The notes under the pieces: generated by a model | What the model was told of the DNA's origin: nothing | Seen by the model: only the letters and a program-made list of their open reading frames with translations | The model's database searches: none | Program-made: the position numbers and the translations under genes | Origin: the human T2T-CHM13v2.0 reference genome, Homo sapiens | Length of the DNA stretch: 64,000 bases | Reading direction: 5' to 3' (one strand) | Assembly (NCBI RefSeq): GCF_009914755.1 | Contig: NC_060932.1 | Shown: piece after piece, positions 59,483 through 64,000 of the stretch | Layout of the letters: each line of letters starts with the position of its first letter | Numbering within the stretch: the stretch's first letter is position 1

Positions 59483-59720
59483 ATGTGTATGTACACGAGC
59501 ATTCATGTGTGTGTATATTTGTGAATTTGTGATTTTATTTATAGCCATGTTTGTGAATATATGTGTGCTTGTGAGTATATTTGTATGTATTGTGTATATA
59601 TGTGTGTATGTCTAATGTCTGTGCATGTATCTGTTCTGGTGTGTTTAGTATATTCTTGTGTGTGTTTACATGTTTATGTTATCAGTATACATGTACTTAT
59701 GCATGTGTATCTGCATGTGA
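59483..59720. repeat. Degenerate TG/TA-rich low-complexity tract, intron 5
   Basis: Read directly. Confidence 0.8.
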
Positions 59721-60348
59721 AAGGCAGGATTATCAGAGCAGTTGACAGTGTGGCCTCCGGAGCCTAACTATCTGACTTCAAATCCCAGGTTAGCCACTTA
59801 CTGGCTGAAAGACCTTGAAGTTACTTAACTTCTTCATGCTTCAGTTTCCCTACTTTTAAAAAGAGCTAATGATAGAAGTTGTTTGAGTTTAAAGTAGGTT
59901 AGTGAAAGTAAAGCACCCAGAGAGATGCTCTGGAGCAAAGAAAGCCTTCAGTGAATGCCAGCTTTAGTACTGTGTGTCCTTGTGGGTGTAGGGTTGTGCA
60001 CACACAGGTCTGTGTGAGCACACATGTGTATCTGTCACTGGGTTTGTTTGCACATGCATGGCTTGGCTGAAAATAGCCTATGACTAATAAGGCTAAGTCC
60101 ATAAACGACCATGCAACCAGGCTGTTCCAAGCCCTGGCTTCTTATAAACGCTAGAGAAAAGTCAATTCCAAGTGCCCACCTTGAAGGAGGGTCTTCTGTC
60201 AGCAGGTTCTGAGCTGAAATTGGTCTAGAGCTTACCTCTGACTGCAGAATGCAGCTGCCTGGCTGAACATGCTCATGTGATGCCCTCCACCTCTCTCTGA
60301 CTCTTGACAGTCAATCTCACAGAATTGGCCTCCAAGGTAGTGACTCAC

Positions 60349-60504
60349 CAGGCCCCACCACAGGGCATCTGCATAGGTCTCAAACTCCTCTTTCATCTCC
60401 TCTCCTTGTGCATCCACCTCTGGGACGTCTTTCTCAACCAGGTAGACAAGAAATGAAGAAAGGATGAGTGTCAGGAAACCGATGTACCAGGCCGTGATGA
60501 GTTC
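60349..60504 (-). CDS. KCNQ3: KCNQ3 exon 5 (156 nt, phase 0-0): S5, turret, start of pore helix
   Basis: ttcag|GAA CTC ATC ... GGC CTG|gtgagt; encodes [52 protein letters not shown]. Confidence 0.98.
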
Positions 60505-63500
60505 CTGAAAGAATGAACAGTGGACATGAAAAGTGGTCACTGGGGAGTCGTTGAGTGGATGCTGGAGCCAGACACACCAGAGTTAGAGTCCAAGTTTACC
60601 AGCTCTGTGACTGTGGTCAAATCACTCACCTTCTCTGATCTTCATCTTCCATCACTGTAAAATGGGATCATTAACATGGTAGTTATTTCATCATTAATTA
60701 ACAGAAAAAGTGTATGGCTCCAGGAGGAGAGGAAGATTTCTAGCTTAGGGCCACTTCAATATCACAGCTCAAGAGGCTTCAGAGGAAGGCAAGAAGGCAG
60801 GAGGAAGTGGCTCCTTCTTCTAATACAAGGCTCAGGACTCAGGAGACTTGGGTCTATGCAGGACTGCGTAGAGCAAGGAGAAAGCTCGGTACAACCAGGA
60901 AAGCAGGGTCTCTGTCCAGAGACCCAGCCCTGACACCAGTTTATGGTGTGGCCTTGGGCAAATTCTCCTCTTCTCCCAAATCTCAGTATCTTCATTTGTT
61001 AAATGAAGGGACAGAGCCACAGAGTTCCTGAAATCGTTTTGTGTACCACTGGTGAAATGCAGCTTTACATTAAATATTGATTTAGAGCCTATGCAAAAGA
61101 AGGTATCAAGCCTGTAATTTCATGGATATTATCATATAATAGACTAGGACATATGACTAAGTAAACAAGAGTAAGGTGATTTAATGAAAAGTGTTAAGTA
61201 ATAGTCAGGATGGTATGGATGGAAACTTCACTGAAGTTTCAAAACCCCTAATGGAGACAAGACCTAATGCTCCTTCCAGCTCCAACTTTCTCTCTTTCTC
61301 TCATTCTATTCCAGTTTCAAGATTTATCATAGTAGGTTGGGCAGGAAGAAAGGCAAGGTTATTGGTGAACACAATCTGGAGATTTAAGACTGTCTGTCAT
61401 TCTTGCTGAGTCATCTCAGAGAACAAAGTTGTTCACATTGATATCCTTCCTGTATCTGACCATCTGCGGCCAGTCAGCTGGCCCTTCTGGGCCAATAGAA
61501 TCTTCCTGACAGGGTTGCTTCCTGCCTCCCTGCAGGACTTGGCTCACATGGGTCCTGCAGTCTGAATAGCCCTCCCACACTGGGACCAACCAAAGAGCAT
61601 GGAGTCATCTTCAGACTCATGTCACCTCCACTATGAAATTTTTCTAGATGTTTGCTCCCCCAATGAAAGATAGAGTTCAGCTGTGGTTCCTTTATTCCCT
61701 CCCCATTTTCTAAACATACTTCTCCAAGCCTCCAACATTTTATTATGCTCATTTGCTATTATGCTCTGGCCTTGCCCACAGCATCACATACACATTGTAC
61801 GGGTGTGAGTTTGGTCTATAGCAGAGGGGTTCACTTAGATAATACAGGCGACCCAGCCAGCCATTCTCTTTGGTGAGCGAGGTTCTGTGCTGCAGGGAAT
61901 TTGAGGACGGAAACGTACATGGACTAGTCCTTACCCAGTGATTGCCTGGGCATAAGCCTCTCGCCTATGGAGTGTGGTCCTAGTGCTTATATGTTTTTTC
62001 ATACTCTCTGGCCCCCAAATGCAAGTCAGAAGTTTCATCTGGCACTTAACCAAATCAACAGTTGTCTGTTTCTGTGTGCACATAAAAACTGACTGTTCTG
62101 GATTAATAAGAGATGGTATAACAGTCACCATTAAGGAGTGAAAATGGGTCCTAATTCTGTACTTTGGAGTCATTTACTTTGCAGTTATTCCAAATAATTC
62201 TGACTTTATACAATTTTTGCTAGCAGCTCTGTGGCAGAACCTGTGACTGTTCCCCAACAGGTAGCTCCTCTACCTGCTGAGGCTCCCCTGCAGTCAAGTT
62301 GAGGCTAAGGGACTGGGGTCCAGCCAATATGGAAAAGTGATGGGAGTGAATCCCTCCTTGTCCCTTAAATCCATTCTGCAGGATTCTCCAGGTTCCTTTC
62401 CCCTGCCTTGGTGACTCAAGTCCTCATAATTCAAGACGAAAGGGGCCCACCCAGCACACATCGGATACACTGTAAGCCAGAAGACGTCTAGGTTTTTGTG
62501 CTGGGTGGTGGGAGCTCTAGGGCTCATTTATTTTGGGAGGAGAACCTGACCTATCCTAACTAGTGAAAGCATTAACTTTGAAAGTTTAACCCTGTGCAAC
62601 AGAGCCTCCCACACTTGATCTTTGAGTGCCCAGAAGAGTTAGCCATAGTACCCGGCCCAGAGTACAATGAATAAATGAATGAAGAAATGAATTGATAAAT
62701 GTCCATTTGCCAGTACTCTTGGTGATTTCCTTGGGGAAGAGCTTCCTCCCAGCTCTGGTAGCACAGCTTTCGGGAGGACTCACAACATGTACTTTGGAGT
62801 CTAACAACAGCCTGTAAATCTAAGTCTATGTGCAGAGAGCTCTGCTCCAGAGCCCATTCCCACCCCTGGGAAACAGTCTCTGCCTCACTGGCGTCTGGCT
62901 GTTGTGCAAATCCATATATACTGAGGAATTATATCACAAACTTCCAATGGTCTCTGGTAATTACATGGCAAAAGCCAGCAGGCACTGGGGATCTATTATA
63001 GTCTAGAGGAACACAGGACAAGGGCCTAAACCAGCAATTTTTAGCACCAGTGTTGACCAGAACTGTGAATCAACTCAGCTCCATGGATACAGGTTATGGC
63101 TGAACCCATAGGGGTTTTATTAACGTGTCCTTTGATAAAAGATAAAATAGAAGGTCAGGAGAAAGAAAGGGGCCTGTAAAGCATGCTCTGACCTCACTGA
63201 TTCTGCAGCCAGAAGTAGCACAGACAAAAAATAAAACACAGATGGCAAGAAATTGCATTCTAAGCTGAAAGATTCCCAGGTATTTTATGCTTTCATTCCA
63301 CTTTATGTCTATGCTTATGTGTATGGTATGTGAGGAACAGCATATTCAGAATAAAAAACACTACTATTAATGAGCACCTATGACTTACCAGGCACTTAAA
63401 TGCACATTTTCTCGCATGAGCACCCAGGAGGATTCACATTTTTACCATTGAGGAGGCTCATTAAAATAGAATGACATCTTTAAGGCCTTCTGGCTGGAAG

Positions 63501-64000
63501 GTGGCAGAGCTGAATTTTGAGCCAAGTTGCTGTCTGACTCTCAAGCTCATATTCTACTCCGAGATGCAATCTCATAGGAAACCACTACCCCTTCAACGTA
63601 TCTAGGTGCATCCTTGAGATAGAGAACCAGGGGTTGTGAAGGTATGTTCTGGAGCTGTCCAGCTACAGGTGGCATGGTCACGTTAACATGCATAAGGAAA
63701 ACTCTAAGCTCCTTAATGTCAAATTGCCCAGGGCTCACTGCCTCAGGTCCAGCTCTCCAGAAACAGAACCCAAGAAAGGGATTTCAGTGTATGTGACACA
63801 TTTCCATGTAATTATTGAGGAAATGGTCATAGGGTTCCTATTAAAAGAGACCTAGGTGGGACAACAACAGCATCTAGTATGCCTACCAGGGTGGGTGCAA
63901 AAAGATACTCTCTTGGGAAGCAAGGCAAGCTTGGCTTTGTACCCCCAAAGAACATCCATCCCAGGGATTTCTCCTGATTTCTCCTCTCGGGATTTTTTTT

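Overview
Human (primate) genomic DNA, not prokaryotic. The window holds the 3' half of KCNQ3 (Kv7.3, M-current potassium channel) on the minus strand. I reconstructed 11 coding exons (exons 5-15 by the usual numbering) by hand from splice sites. They join into an intact 1842-nt frame (613 aa plus stop) running from S5 through the pore, S6, the calmodulin/assembly helices and the ankyrin-G motif. A putative ~8.4 kb 3'UTR ends near tandem AATAAA signals at ~5782-5809. The rest is intronic or intergenic and repeat-rich: 11 Alus, L1/L2/MIR fragments, MaLR/ERVL solo LTRs, hAT MITEs and microsatellites. It also has a complete two-LTR MER61-like ERV1 provirus (34094-39782) and a decayed RPL23A retrocopy that the ORF track misses. 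I see no evidence of a new multi-gene system. The most interesting signals concern RNA processing: a GC-AG intron after exon 8, a 27-nt microexon, UG repeats beside a weak exon 7 donor, strictly alternating inverted Alus around exons 13-15, a perfect 23-bp hairpin, and neuronal miRNA seed matches in the 3'UTR. Repeat subfamily names come from recalled consensus sequences, not from a search.
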